The position numbers were made by a program, and so were the translations under genes. From a virus (Duplodnaviria; Caudoviricetes): 37,166 bases of DNA. The notes under the pieces are model-generated. The model made no database searches. It was not told the DNA's origin and worked only from the letters and a program-made list of their open reading frames with translations. The stretch covers positions 1 through 37,166 of the IMG/VR virus record IMGVR_UViG_3300035527_000387. The stretch is one strand, 5' to 3'. Each line of letters opens with the position of its first letter. Within the stretch, counting starts at the first letter, position 1. Positions 16,882-24,644 of this stretch are shown here, in pieces.

Positions 16882-17530
16882 TGCAGCTTTGACACCAGGA
16901 ATTGAATACACCTGTCAGGACCCGCTGTATGGCGTTAACTATGATGCGGGCTATACCGGGTTCACCTGCACGGTTGACCGGTCGGCTATCAGCAAGGGTA
17001 TAGCCTGGTTTTCCAGGTGGGACCAGCTCGGGGATATCAGCGTGACGCATGCGCTGACGGTGACCGGCCCAAACACCTGTGTTGAGGCGCTGATTGACCA
17101 GGGGGTTGTTGTTACTGAGCTTGACCGCTACTTCAATGATCCGAACGTGCTCATATTTTTCCGCAAGCCGATTCAATATGACAGCTATATGGCCCGCAAC
17201 ATTGTGGAGGCTGTGTGCAGCCAGGTGGGGACGCAGTACGACGACGGTCTCATAAAGGCGCACGCGATACGTAACACGTATCTGGGCCGTCTGCTGGCAC
17301 TGACGACCAAGCAGCTTTCCGACGGGTGGATCACGGCCATGCTTGAGAATCCCGCTGAGTGGATATGCAGCGAGCTGGCCGCATACGGGCTGAACGGTGA
17401 TCCGCGCCTGGCCGGGCTCGGCGTGCTGCGCTACCCGCCGACTATGATCCTGCCGCAAACCCTTTTCGAAGATGAGGAAATCTATGACCCGTGGCATCAG
17501 CCGCACAACCAAAGGAGTATCGCATCATGA
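16874..17530 (+). CDS. permuted papain-like NlpC/P60 amidase (YaeF/YiiX, C92-like)
   Basis: His motif THALTV, VEAL..GVV, GTQYD and C-terminal WICSELAAY catalytic-Cys motif. Confidence 0.8.
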   Translation: MNSAALTPGIEYTCQDPLYGVNYDAGYTGFTCTVDRSAISKGIAWFSRWDQLGDISVTHALTVTGPNTCVEALIDQGVVVTELDRYFNDPNVLIFFRKPIQYDSYMARNIVEAVCSQVGTQYDDGLIKAHAIRNTYLGRLLALTTKQLSDGWITAMLENPAEWICSELAAYGLNGDPRLAGLGVLRYPPTMILPQTLFEDEEIYDPWHQPHNQRSIAS

Positions 17531-17970
17531 TCGCACATATACCCACGCAGAATATTATCGCCATTGTTTTAATGCTCGCCGCCGTATGCGTGCTGAGCCT
17601 CACCGGCTGCGTTTCCCTGGGCAGCGATGCCACACCGCAGCCTCCCGGTGTGCAGCGTCTGGAAATCTGGGTGCACCAGGTCGACAGCCCCGACCCCGTT
17701 TTTGAGCAGACAACCAACGTTCCCGAGCCGGGTGTTTCCCCCGCACCGCCATCTCCGCCCGGCCTCGGGAACGGTCAAATTGAACTGACGGACCTCCTCG
17801 AGCTGATCAGCGATGCGCAGCGGATCAAGACGGGACAGATGCCGCTGGATGAGGCGGTGGCCAAGGCGGTGAGAATCTATGATGCCCTGCCCAAAGACAG
17901 CCGAGCAGACACGCTGGTTCAGGTGCTGAATATGGCAGGAATCGGAAAAACGGCAGAAGGCGCGAAATAA
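17527..17970 (+). CDS. proline-rich lipoprotein
   Basis: Hydrophobic signal with lipobox LTGC; PEPGVSPAPPSPPG linker; ATGA overlap. Confidence 0.75.
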   Translation: MIAHIPTQNIIAIVLMLAAVCVLSLTGCVSLGSDATPQPPGVQRLEIWVHQVDSPDPVFEQTTNVPEPGVSPAPPSPPGLGNGQIELTDLLELISDAQRIKTGQMPLDEAVAKAVRIYDALPKDSRADTLVQVLNMAGIGKTAEGAK

Positions 17971-18033
17971 GGCCGCTGAGGGGCCGGGCTTTGAACCCGG
18001 CTCGTTATGCGGCAGGTGCGACAAACCCCCTTT

Positions 18034-18062
18034 TGCAAGCGCTGCAAGCGGGTTTGCAAGCG
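18034..18062. promoter_or_regulatory. three TGCAAGCG direct repeats upstream of the head protease gene
   Basis: Copies at 18034-18041, 18043-18050 and 18055-18062; position equivalent to the Mu late promoter P(I). Confidence 0.45.
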
Positions 18063-18080
18063 AAACAAACAGGTGAAAGC

Positions 18081-19127
18081 ATGAAAAAATCAACTTTGAT
18101 ACTGAACAGGGCATTTCAGGAGGCTGAAGACGGCTTTTGTCAGCTTTCGCCGGTCGGTGAATTCCCAGGGGCCGTCGAGAACCAGGACGGCGAGATGATC
18201 CCGGTGATCCAGGTGCTTGCCATGGAGCATTTGGAGTCGATTTTTAACCGGCTTCAGGAGCTGGCGAAGGATGAGGAGTGGTCGGGCATTCTGGGCGATC
18301 GGGAGCACTGGAGTCTGACGGATGACCGTGAGACCGATGCGCTGACTTGGTTCAAGGAGTTTGGGTTGCGACCTGACGGGCTATATGGCAAAGGACGCAA
18401 GACTACCCTGGGCGAACAGCTTATCGGCGGCGGCGTTCTGCGCAAGGTTTCGCCGGTGTTTGATGTGGTCGCTGAGGATGGCGGGGAGATCAAGGCCGGT
18501 TCCCGCGTGGTGCCGACGGCGCTGGATTCCATCGGGTTCACGAACCGCCCGCGTCTGGGCAGATTTATGAAGCCGGTCACCAACAGGGGTGACGGGCACC
18601 AACAAAAACAACCAACCACAGGAGGAAACATGAAGTTGGTGAACAAAGCACTCGGTCTGCAGGATGATGCGGCAGAAGCCTCCGTCGTCGCTGCGATCGA
18701 GAAATTACAGAACCGCGCCGCCGAGGCGGACGGTTTGCAGACGGAACTGGATGCCGAAAAGCAGAAGGTTGCCACACTGGAAAACAAGCAGCTCGAAGCG
18801 GAAGCGGATGAGTTTGTTGAAGCGAACAAGGACCGCATCCTGAACAGCGATGAAGCGCGCGGCGAAATGCGCAAGCTCTACATCGAAAACAAGGATGCTG
18901 CTGAACGGGCGATCAAACTGTTTCCGACGAAACAGGAAGCGCCCAAAGTGCCGAACAAGGTCCCCCGCCAGCCGGATGATCCGACGGGCGACTCTGCCGA
19001 AACCAAGCGCGCTGTTCAGATTGGCAATCGCGCAAGGAAGATTCAGACCGACGCAAAGAACCGGGGGGAAACAGTTCCCTGGCCTTCGGCGTGGGCACAG
19101 GCGAAATCGGAGGTGGCAGCAGAGTAG
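18081..19127 (+). CDS. Mu I-like prohead protease/scaffold
   Basis: PVGEFPG, DREHWS, ALTWF, RPDGLYG, RKVSPVF, SIGFTNRP motifs; C-terminal coiled coil. Confidence 0.88.
   Translation: MKKSTLILNRAFQEAEDGFCQLSPVGEFPGAVENQDGEMIPVIQVLAMEHLESIFNRLQELAKDEEWSGILGDREHWSLTDDRETDALTWFKEFGLRPDGLYGKGRKTTLGEQLIGGGVLRKVSPVFDVVAEDGGEIKAGSRVVPTALDSIGFTNRPRLGRFMKPVTNRGDGHQQKQPTTGGNMKLVNKALGLQDDAAEASVVAAIEKLQNRAAEADGLQTELDAEKQKVATLENKQLEAEADEFVEANKDRILNSDEARGEMRKLYIENKDAAERAIKLFPTKQEAPKVPNKVPRQPDDPTGDSAETKRAVQIGNRARKIQTDAKNRGETVPWPSAWAQAKSEVAAE
18630..19127 (+). CDS. nested in-frame scaffolding protein (Mu Z-like)
   Basis: Strong internal RBS ACAGGAGGAAAC before in-frame ATG at 18630 (MKLVNKALGL...). Confidence 0.7.
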   Translation: MKLVNKALGLQDDAAEASVVAAIEKLQNRAAEADGLQTELDAEKQKVATLENKQLEAEADEFVEANKDRILNSDEARGEMRKLYIENKDAAERAIKLFPTKQEAPKVPNKVPRQPDDPTGDSAETKRAVQIGNRARKIQTDAKNRGETVPWPSAWAQAKSEVAAE

Positions 19128-19184
19128 ACCAACCATCGTTTCAACTGAGATTCAGCATTAATCAATAAAACAGGAGATAAAAAA

Positions 19185-19619
19185 ATGAATTTGGGAATGT
19201 ACCCCACTCAGAACAATACGCAGGAAGGCCCCATCGTTAAAATCGCCGGGGAAGACCTGACGGATAAAGAGGGCCGCCTGGTCAAGCTCAACAGCGACGG
19301 AGAGGCACTTCTTCCGACCGCTGCGACGGACATTTGTCCGTTTATTCTCGGTGCCGGAGCCGAAGAGAATGCCGAGGTGTATCTGATCCCGATTACAGGG
19401 ATTCGTAATCTTCGTGCTCTTCTTAAGGGCACATGCGATCCGGGCGACCAGTTGTGCCTGGCCGATCCTTCCGTGTCAGCCGACAAGGGAAAGATTCGCG
19501 CACTGCCTGAATCGGCGGATACGTATCGCTGCTTTGCGATCGCCGAAGAAAGCGGTGTCGATGCACAACGCCTCAAGTTCCGTTATACCGGCCCCGAGTC
19601 GGTTGTTGTGAGCGGGTAA
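19185..19619 (+). CDS. head decoration/cement protein
   Basis: AGEDLTDKEGRLVKL, PGDQL, AIAEESG motifs; between scaffold and capsid; RBS CAGGAG. Confidence 0.7.
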   Translation: MNLGMYPTQNNTQEGPIVKIAGEDLTDKEGRLVKLNSDGEALLPTAATDICPFILGAGAEENAEVYLIPITGIRNLRALLKGTCDPGDQLCLADPSVSADKGKIRALPESADTYRCFAIAEESGVDAQRLKFRYTGPESVVVSG

Positions 19620-19686
19620 ACCAGTAACCAGTAAACCAGGATAAAACGCCCTTAAGAAGGGGCACCATTAAACAGGAGAACAGAAC

Positions 19687-20613
19687 ATGCCTACACTAAG
19701 AGATCTCGGATATTCCGAGGAGCTGAGACAGTACAGCGTGGGAGCAGCCCAGGCAAATATTTCGCCGGTCGCGGATTACCTTGCCCCCACGGTTCCGGTT
19801 GCCGCGCCGACCGGGAAATACAAGGTCTACAATGACACCAATCGTTTCCGGATACCGGATACGACGCGTGCATCAGGCGGCCGCGCCGTTGAAATCGGTT
19901 TTTCGAAGGCCGATGCAACATTCAACTGCGAGCCAAATGCGCTGGACGTTCCGGTCGATCACGACGAAGCGGATGCTGAAGGCTTGAATCTCGCCCTCCA
20001 GGAAGCAGCCGATCTGGCTGCCGAGGTTGGCGGGCTGGCTCACGAAAAGACGGTGATCGATACGGCGGTAAGTGCTGCCATTCCCCATGCCCCGAGTTTC
20101 GGTGCATCGGTTGATCCGATTCCCGTCCTTGATGAGTACATCGCCAAGCTGGTTAAGAAGGCCGGATACGGCAGCCTTATGGAGGTTCGCTGCCTTTTGG
20201 GCGCAGACTTCCTGCTCAAAATCAAAAATCACCCCAAAGTTACCGCGCGCATTCTGAGCGGGAACAAGAAAAGCAATGGCCTTTCTGTGGTAAACGAGGC
20301 GATCCTTGCCGATTTGCTTCTTGGCAATCCGAAGGTTCGGACAAGCTACATGGTGGTGGACGGTGCGGCTGAAGGGAAAACGGCTGATCGTGATTTCATC
20401 CTGGGAGCTTCCATGTTGATCTTTGTTGCCCGTGAAAACCCGACCCGCCGCGACCCGAGCTTCATGAAAACGTTCCGTTTGCGGAACAAATTCATGGTTC
20501 CGGGAACCTACGAACGTGACGACGGCCGTGTGACCGTTGCCAAGTTCGATTGGTCAGAGGATGTGAAGGAAACAAATTCGGCCGGAGGATTGATTGTTAC
20601 GCCTACGTGGTAA
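19687..20613 (+). CDS. major capsid protein
   Basis: 308 aa; ADYLAPTVPV...GKYKVY, FRIPDTTRA.GG, PSFMKTF motifs of HK97-fold capsids; RBS CAGGAG. Confidence 0.88.
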   Translation: MPTLRDLGYSEELRQYSVGAAQANISPVADYLAPTVPVAAPTGKYKVYNDTNRFRIPDTTRASGGRAVEIGFSKADATFNCEPNALDVPVDHDEADAEGLNLALQEAADLAAEVGGLAHEKTVIDTAVSAAIPHAPSFGASVDPIPVLDEYIAKLVKKAGYGSLMEVRCLLGADFLLKIKNHPKVTARILSGNKKSNGLSVVNEAILADLLLGNPKVRTSYMVVDGAAEGKTADRDFILGASMLIFVARENPTRRDPSFMKTFRLRNKFMVPGTYERDDGRVTVAKFDWSEDVKETNSAGGLIVTPTW

Positions 20614-20635
20614 TTGATCATTGATTGACAAACAA

Positions 20636-20659
20636 GGCTGCGGCCTTCGTGCCGCAGCC
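20636..20659 (+). other. stem-loop after the capsid gene (mRNA stabiliser or weak terminator)
   Basis: GGCTGCGGC-CTTCGT-GCCGCAGCC with no U-tract; a similar CCGGGGGA/TCCCCCGG hairpin lies at 21072-21094. Confidence 0.6.
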
Positions 20660-20697
20660 ATCCATTAACAAAGCATAATAACAACTGAGGAGAACTC

Positions 20698-21063
20698 ATG
20701 AAGAAGATTGCAGCATTAATCCTGGTCGGAATCATCGCTTGCGGCGCAGCCCTGGCGATGACACCGATGCGCGAACCCATCACGCTTACTGCCGGTTCGG
20801 GGACCTACACCAACACCCGTGACTTCCAGGTCGTAAAGCCGATTCGTTTCGAAGTCTACGATACGCAGCCTGCCGTAAACACGCAGACGGTGTCACACAT
20901 TACTGGAAACCATACCAACTCAATCGGAACGATTGTAACGAGTGGAGGTGCCGGCTCTTTGGTCGTTACCCAGACGCTTTATCTGTTCAAGGGGGATATG
21001 GTTGAGATCGGCGGAAGCACCAATGCAGGTGATGGCTATCTTATTGGCGAGGTGCTTCCGTAA
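20698..21063 (+). CDS. signal-peptide-bearing small beta-sandwich protein (head spike/decoration-like)
   Basis: MKKIAALILVGIIACGAALA signal (ALA cleavage); beta-rich body with LYLFKGD; RBS GAGGAG; directly after the capsid gene. Confidence 0.75.
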   Translation: MKKIAALILVGIIACGAALAMTPMREPITLTAGSGTYTNTRDFQVVKPIRFEVYDTQPAVNTQTVSHITGNHTNSIGTIVTSGGAGSLVVTQTLYLFKGDMVEIGGSTNAGDGYLIGEVLP

Positions 21064-21111
21064 GAAATCATCCGGGGGAGCGTGTATCCCCCGGCAATTT
21101 GAGGTGATCCC

Positions 21112-21315
21112 ATGAAGCGAAAAATTGAAATAGCGATTGTCCTGGCACTGCTCATTGGTGCCACGGGCCTGCTGGCTGTCTGCACGCCTGAACGTCCGAT
21201 GCCGCAAAGCAGCAAGCGCACCGTATGCGTCGAAACGAACCGCTACAAGCCGGTGAGTGAAAACAGCGGGCATCAGCAGACCAGCGGTTACTACTCGAAT
21301 TCGGTGGGTCGTTAA
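21112..21315 (+). CDS. small exported or membrane-anchored protein
   Basis: MKRK plus hydrophobic core ending in LAVC (non-canonical lipobox); RBS GAGGTG. Confidence 0.6.
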   Translation: MKRKIEIAIVLALLIGATGLLAVCTPERPMPQSSKRTVCVETNRYKPVSENSGHQQTSGYYSNSVGR

Positions 21316-21317
21316 CG

Positions 21318-21767
21318 ATGTGGCGCGCGCTCACAGAGAGTGACCTGAAGACAGGGCTAAGCGGTACGGAGCTTTCACGGTTCCGTGCCGCCGCCCTGGC
21401 GGACGGCCAGGCAGACCCGATTCAGGACGTGATCAATTCGGTTACGGATTATGTGCGGGGGTACATCGCAGCTCACAAGGAGAACACCCTGGGGCCGGAT
21501 GGAACCCTGCCGGAGAAACTTATACGTCCGGCAGTCAATTACCTGGTCATTGAGGTACAGACGCGCGTGGCCGGTGTGGTGATTGATCCGAAGAGCGCCC
21601 GCAAGGATGCGCGAGATGACGCGGTGCGCCTGTTTGAGCAGGTGGCTAAAGGGCTGTTTGCCATCGAGGTTCCGGAGCAAGCGGATGATGAGCAGCACGG
21701 AACACCGTCTCCTTCAATAAGCGGGCGGAACAAAATGTTTTCCAAGACGCAGCAGGATGGAATTTGA
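21318..21767 (+). CDS. head-tail adaptor (Mu gp36/DUF1320 family)
   Basis: VTDYVRGYI...P..L...ARDDAVRLFEQVAKG pattern. Confidence 0.85.
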   Translation: MWRALTESDLKTGLSGTELSRFRAAALADGQADPIQDVINSVTDYVRGYIAAHKENTLGPDGTLPEKLIRPAVNYLVIEVQTRVAGVVIDPKSARKDARDDAVRLFEQVAKGLFAIEVPEQADDEQHGTPSPSISGRNKMFSKTQQDGI

Positions 21768-22155
21768 AGAGAACGCGAAAGCAGAACGAGGAACGATGAA
21801 CATGAAGAATGAACTGAAGAAGCTGGTGGATGAACTTAACAAGATCGGTCACGAAATGGTGAAGGTGGAGCCGGGCGCAAAAGAGGGGCAGGTCGATGTG
21901 CTGCTTTCGCCTGTGATTGTCGATCAGGAAACCGGTGAGTACGTCGTCTGCAAGGCGCTTGCAGATTGCGGGCTGGCTGCGCGCGTGCGGATGTTCGAGC
22001 AGTATCCGGAAAACATTTTGCTGCTTGAGGATGTGCATGATCCGGAGAAAAGACGGCTCAATACCGAAAAGGAGCATTCAGGAACCGGTGAGGTTATGGA
22101 GCCTGTTGATGGCGAACTCAGTGGTGACGCACAGGATGACTCAACCGAAGGCTGA
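21757..22155 (+). CDS. hypothetical protein, acidic tail
   Basis: ORF filling the operon; start may be a downstream ATG. Confidence 0.65.
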   Translation: MEFEENAKAERGTMNMKNELKKLVDELNKIGHEMVKVEPGAKEGQVDVLLSPVIVDQETGEYVVCKALADCGLAARVRMFEQYPENILLLEDVHDPEKRRLNTEKEHSGTGEVMEPVDGELSGDAQDDSTEG

Positions 22156-22157
22156 TC

Positions 22158-22622
22158 ATGTTTGACGAAATACAAACAGAAGTTGCTGTGCAGTTAAGAA
22201 CGCACCCTTACCTTGCCGACCTCGATATCATCACCGAGGACAAGGGTAACATCGATGTGCAGATCGAGCAGCAGCTTGCAAACCTTGGCCTGAGCGTTAC
22301 GGTGCTGACCGTTTCTGCCAACTGCGATTCCCCGGACGCAGAGCCGCTGTATTTCAGTGAAATCGGCGTAATTGTTGAGATCGCGGAATTTGTGATGATG
22401 AACCGGGAGTCGGGAGGGACCGGCAAACCGATCGGCAAGGTATGTGAAGCAGTTATGCAGGCCCTGCACATGTATACCCCGGAAGATGCGAAGCATACTT
22501 ATTCGATGGCGGAGCGCGTGATGTATGCGGTGGATCCACCGGAACCGGCCACGGCGGCGCGGCATATTGAATTTACAACGACCGGGGAACTCCCGGTGAT
22601 GAGACAAACCCCAGTCAGTTAA
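22158..22622 (+). CDS. putative tail terminator/neck protein (Mu gp37-like position)
   Basis: 154 aa, alpha/beta, EAVMQALHMYTP motif; precedes the tail tube. Confidence 0.6.
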   Translation: MFDEIQTEVAVQLRTHPYLADLDIITEDKGNIDVQIEQQLANLGLSVTVLTVSANCDSPDAEPLYFSEIGVIVEIAEFVMMNRESGGTGKPIGKVCEAVMQALHMYTPEDAKHTYSMAERVMYAVDPPEPATAARHIEFTTTGELPVMRQTPVS

Positions 22623-22640
22623 GTAAACAGGAGAACTATT

Positions 22641-23564
22641 ATGGCAGGCGTAACAAGACAGTCAATCGCACGTGGGCCGGGAACAGTCAAACTCGGAACC
22701 CAGCAGTTTTATGACAAGGACGGCATCAATGCCGACCTGGAAATCGAACCCAACAAGATCGAAGTGTCGCATTTCGGGCTGGTGGATGAGCGCATCGATG
22801 ATGTTGTCGGCAAAATCGGATTCACACCGTCCGGCCAGGTGACAGCGGAAATTATCGCCGCGCTGTTTCCGTATATGACGCCGAACATCGGAGCGTCGAT
22901 CTGCGGGTCATCGGATACCGCGTGCGAGGTTCACAGCAAGGCCGGGACGAAGGTGCTGTTTCACAGCGCGGCCCTTTTCAGTATGCCGGAAATTTATCTT
23001 TCGGCAAAAAAGACCTGCTTCGGCGCGGCCGAAATTGTGGCGGTGCTGAAGAACGGGGCCGAACGGACTGACGCCGATTCGCTCTATACGATCAGCACAA
23101 CCGCCTGGTCCGGCACCACCTTTGCCACCAGCAATATCAAGACGGTTGGATATGCCGCCTCCTGGAATTCACTGTCCTTCCGGTCAGAGGCGGGTTTCAC
23201 GGTTTCGCCAACCGTCAACCTGACGCCGGTTGAGGTGGATGATCTGGGGACGATTGACTTCACCGTTGACGGTGTTGAGGTCATGGCGAAGTGCGTGCCG
23301 CTGAACCTGAGCGAGTCGCAGATTTACGGCGCGATGAAACTCCAGGGCGCGGGTGCGGCAATCGGCTCCAGCCTTCGCGGAGGCAATGACCTGACGATCA
23401 CCGGCACTGGTGGGCTTACCGTCATTATCCGGGACGCTGCCCTGGTGACCGGACCCCTGAAATGGGGCAAGTCACAGCTTCGGGCCGGGGAAATCGGATT
23501 CATCGGACAGCGTACGGAAACCACCGGGACGTTCGGCAACCTGTTTAATGTGGCGCTGACGTAA
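22641..23564 (+). CDS. major tail (tube) protein
   Basis: 307 aa G/T-rich beta protein starting RGPGTVKL; two-fold internal pattern (VSHFGLVD / VDDLGTID); RBS CAGGAG. Confidence 0.7.
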   Translation: MAGVTRQSIARGPGTVKLGTQQFYDKDGINADLEIEPNKIEVSHFGLVDERIDDVVGKIGFTPSGQVTAEIIAALFPYMTPNIGASICGSSDTACEVHSKAGTKVLFHSAALFSMPEIYLSAKKTCFGAAEIVAVLKNGAERTDADSLYTISTTAWSGTTFATSNIKTVGYAASWNSLSFRSEAGFTVSPTVNLTPVEVDDLGTIDFTVDGVEVMAKCVPLNLSESQIYGAMKLQGAGAAIGSSLRGGNDLTITGTGGLTVIIRDAALVTGPLKWGKSQLRAGEIGFIGQRTETTGTFGNLFNVALT

Positions 23565-23577
23565 GGAGCGATGAATC

Positions 23578-23967
23578 GTGCAGGTATTCTTCGGCAAAAT
23601 CGAACTGGCAGGCCAACGCGCTGAATCTGTTTCCGGATTTGTTATCCGGACACAGAACGCCATCGATGTCGAAGAGTGTTTCAGAGCCGATGACGTAACG
23701 ATCTTTGACCGGAAGAATAAACGCACGACCATCACGTTTACTGCGCGCCGCCTGCATGCAACACCGGAAGAGGCCGCCACGTTTATTACGGAGCATACGC
23801 TTGATCTGTATGGCAAGGGAACGGTCAAGCTGGTGACACAGCGCGGCAACAGGTTTCTTTATGGTGCAGGAATAGAGTACGGGGAGGGTTCTTATAAAGG
23901 CTGCACATCGACGTTTAAATACACCATCCAGGGCGGACGGATCAGCAAAGAGGTAAAACCGCAATGA
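23578..23967 (+). CDS. hypothetical tail protein
   Basis: GTG start after TAAGGAG; beta-rich, 129 aa. Confidence 0.65.
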   Translation: MQVFFGKIELAGQRAESVSGFVIRTQNAIDVEECFRADDVTIFDRKNKRTTITFTARRLHATPEEAATFITEHTLDLYGKGTVKLVTQRGNRFLYGAGIEYGEGSYKGCTSTFKYTIQGGRISKEVKPQ

Positions 23968-24644
23968 TTATAACAAGACGACGCATAAGACTTCTCTGCG
24001 ACATTACGGACATGACCGGGCCGAAGGATGCAAAAACATCCCAGGTCCCGAAACTGTGGCGCGGAAATGATGTGCAGTTTGAGATCGGCGTTTTTTACGG
24101 CAACGATATCATGTCGATTGAGGATCTCGCCTCTATGACGCTCCAGGTGCGCGATGGACGGACCGGAACAGTCCAGATGTCCAAGACAATCGATGCGGCT
24201 GATATGGACAACACCCTTGATGCTGATACGTGGGAAGATGAATCCAAACAGCACGCGCTGATCAGCTTTACCGGCGCGGAAACCAGCCTGTCGCTCGGCT
24301 CCTCCGGAGAAACAAGCAAGGACTTGTGGATGGTGGTGGCCGCACAGACAACCAACACCCCCGCCCGTGAGATCACCCTGGCCGCCGGAACGTTTACCAT
24401 CGAGGAAGATGGCTACGGAACTGGAGACACGCCGCCTACTCCGGAGGATGATTACTACACGCAGGCTGAATCCGACGCGCGCTATATGCTGCAATCAGAT
24501 GCCGGTGTTAAAACGCGCTGGCATACGGACGGCCTGCTTTACATCGAGAATGCCGATAACGCCGGGTGGTGGCATCCGCTCATCATTAAAGGCGATCCGG
24601 CCCAGCCTTACTTTGAACCCGCACCGGGAGTTGAACTGCCATGA
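23964..24644 (+). CDS. BppU-like baseplate/fibre anchor protein (no signal peptide)
   Basis: LWRGNDVQFEIG, ISFTGAET Ig-like anchor pattern; YYTQAESDARY fibre motif. Confidence 0.6.
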   Translation: MIITRRRIRLLCDITDMTGPKDAKTSQVPKLWRGNDVQFEIGVFYGNDIMSIEDLASMTLQVRDGRTGTVQMSKTIDAADMDNTLDADTWEDESKQHALISFTGAETSLSLGSSGETSKDLWMVVAAQTTNTPAREITLAAGTFTIEEDGYGTGDTPPTPEDDYYTQAESDARYMLQSDAGVKTRWHTDGLLYIENADNAGWWHPLIIKGDPAQPYFEPAPGVELP

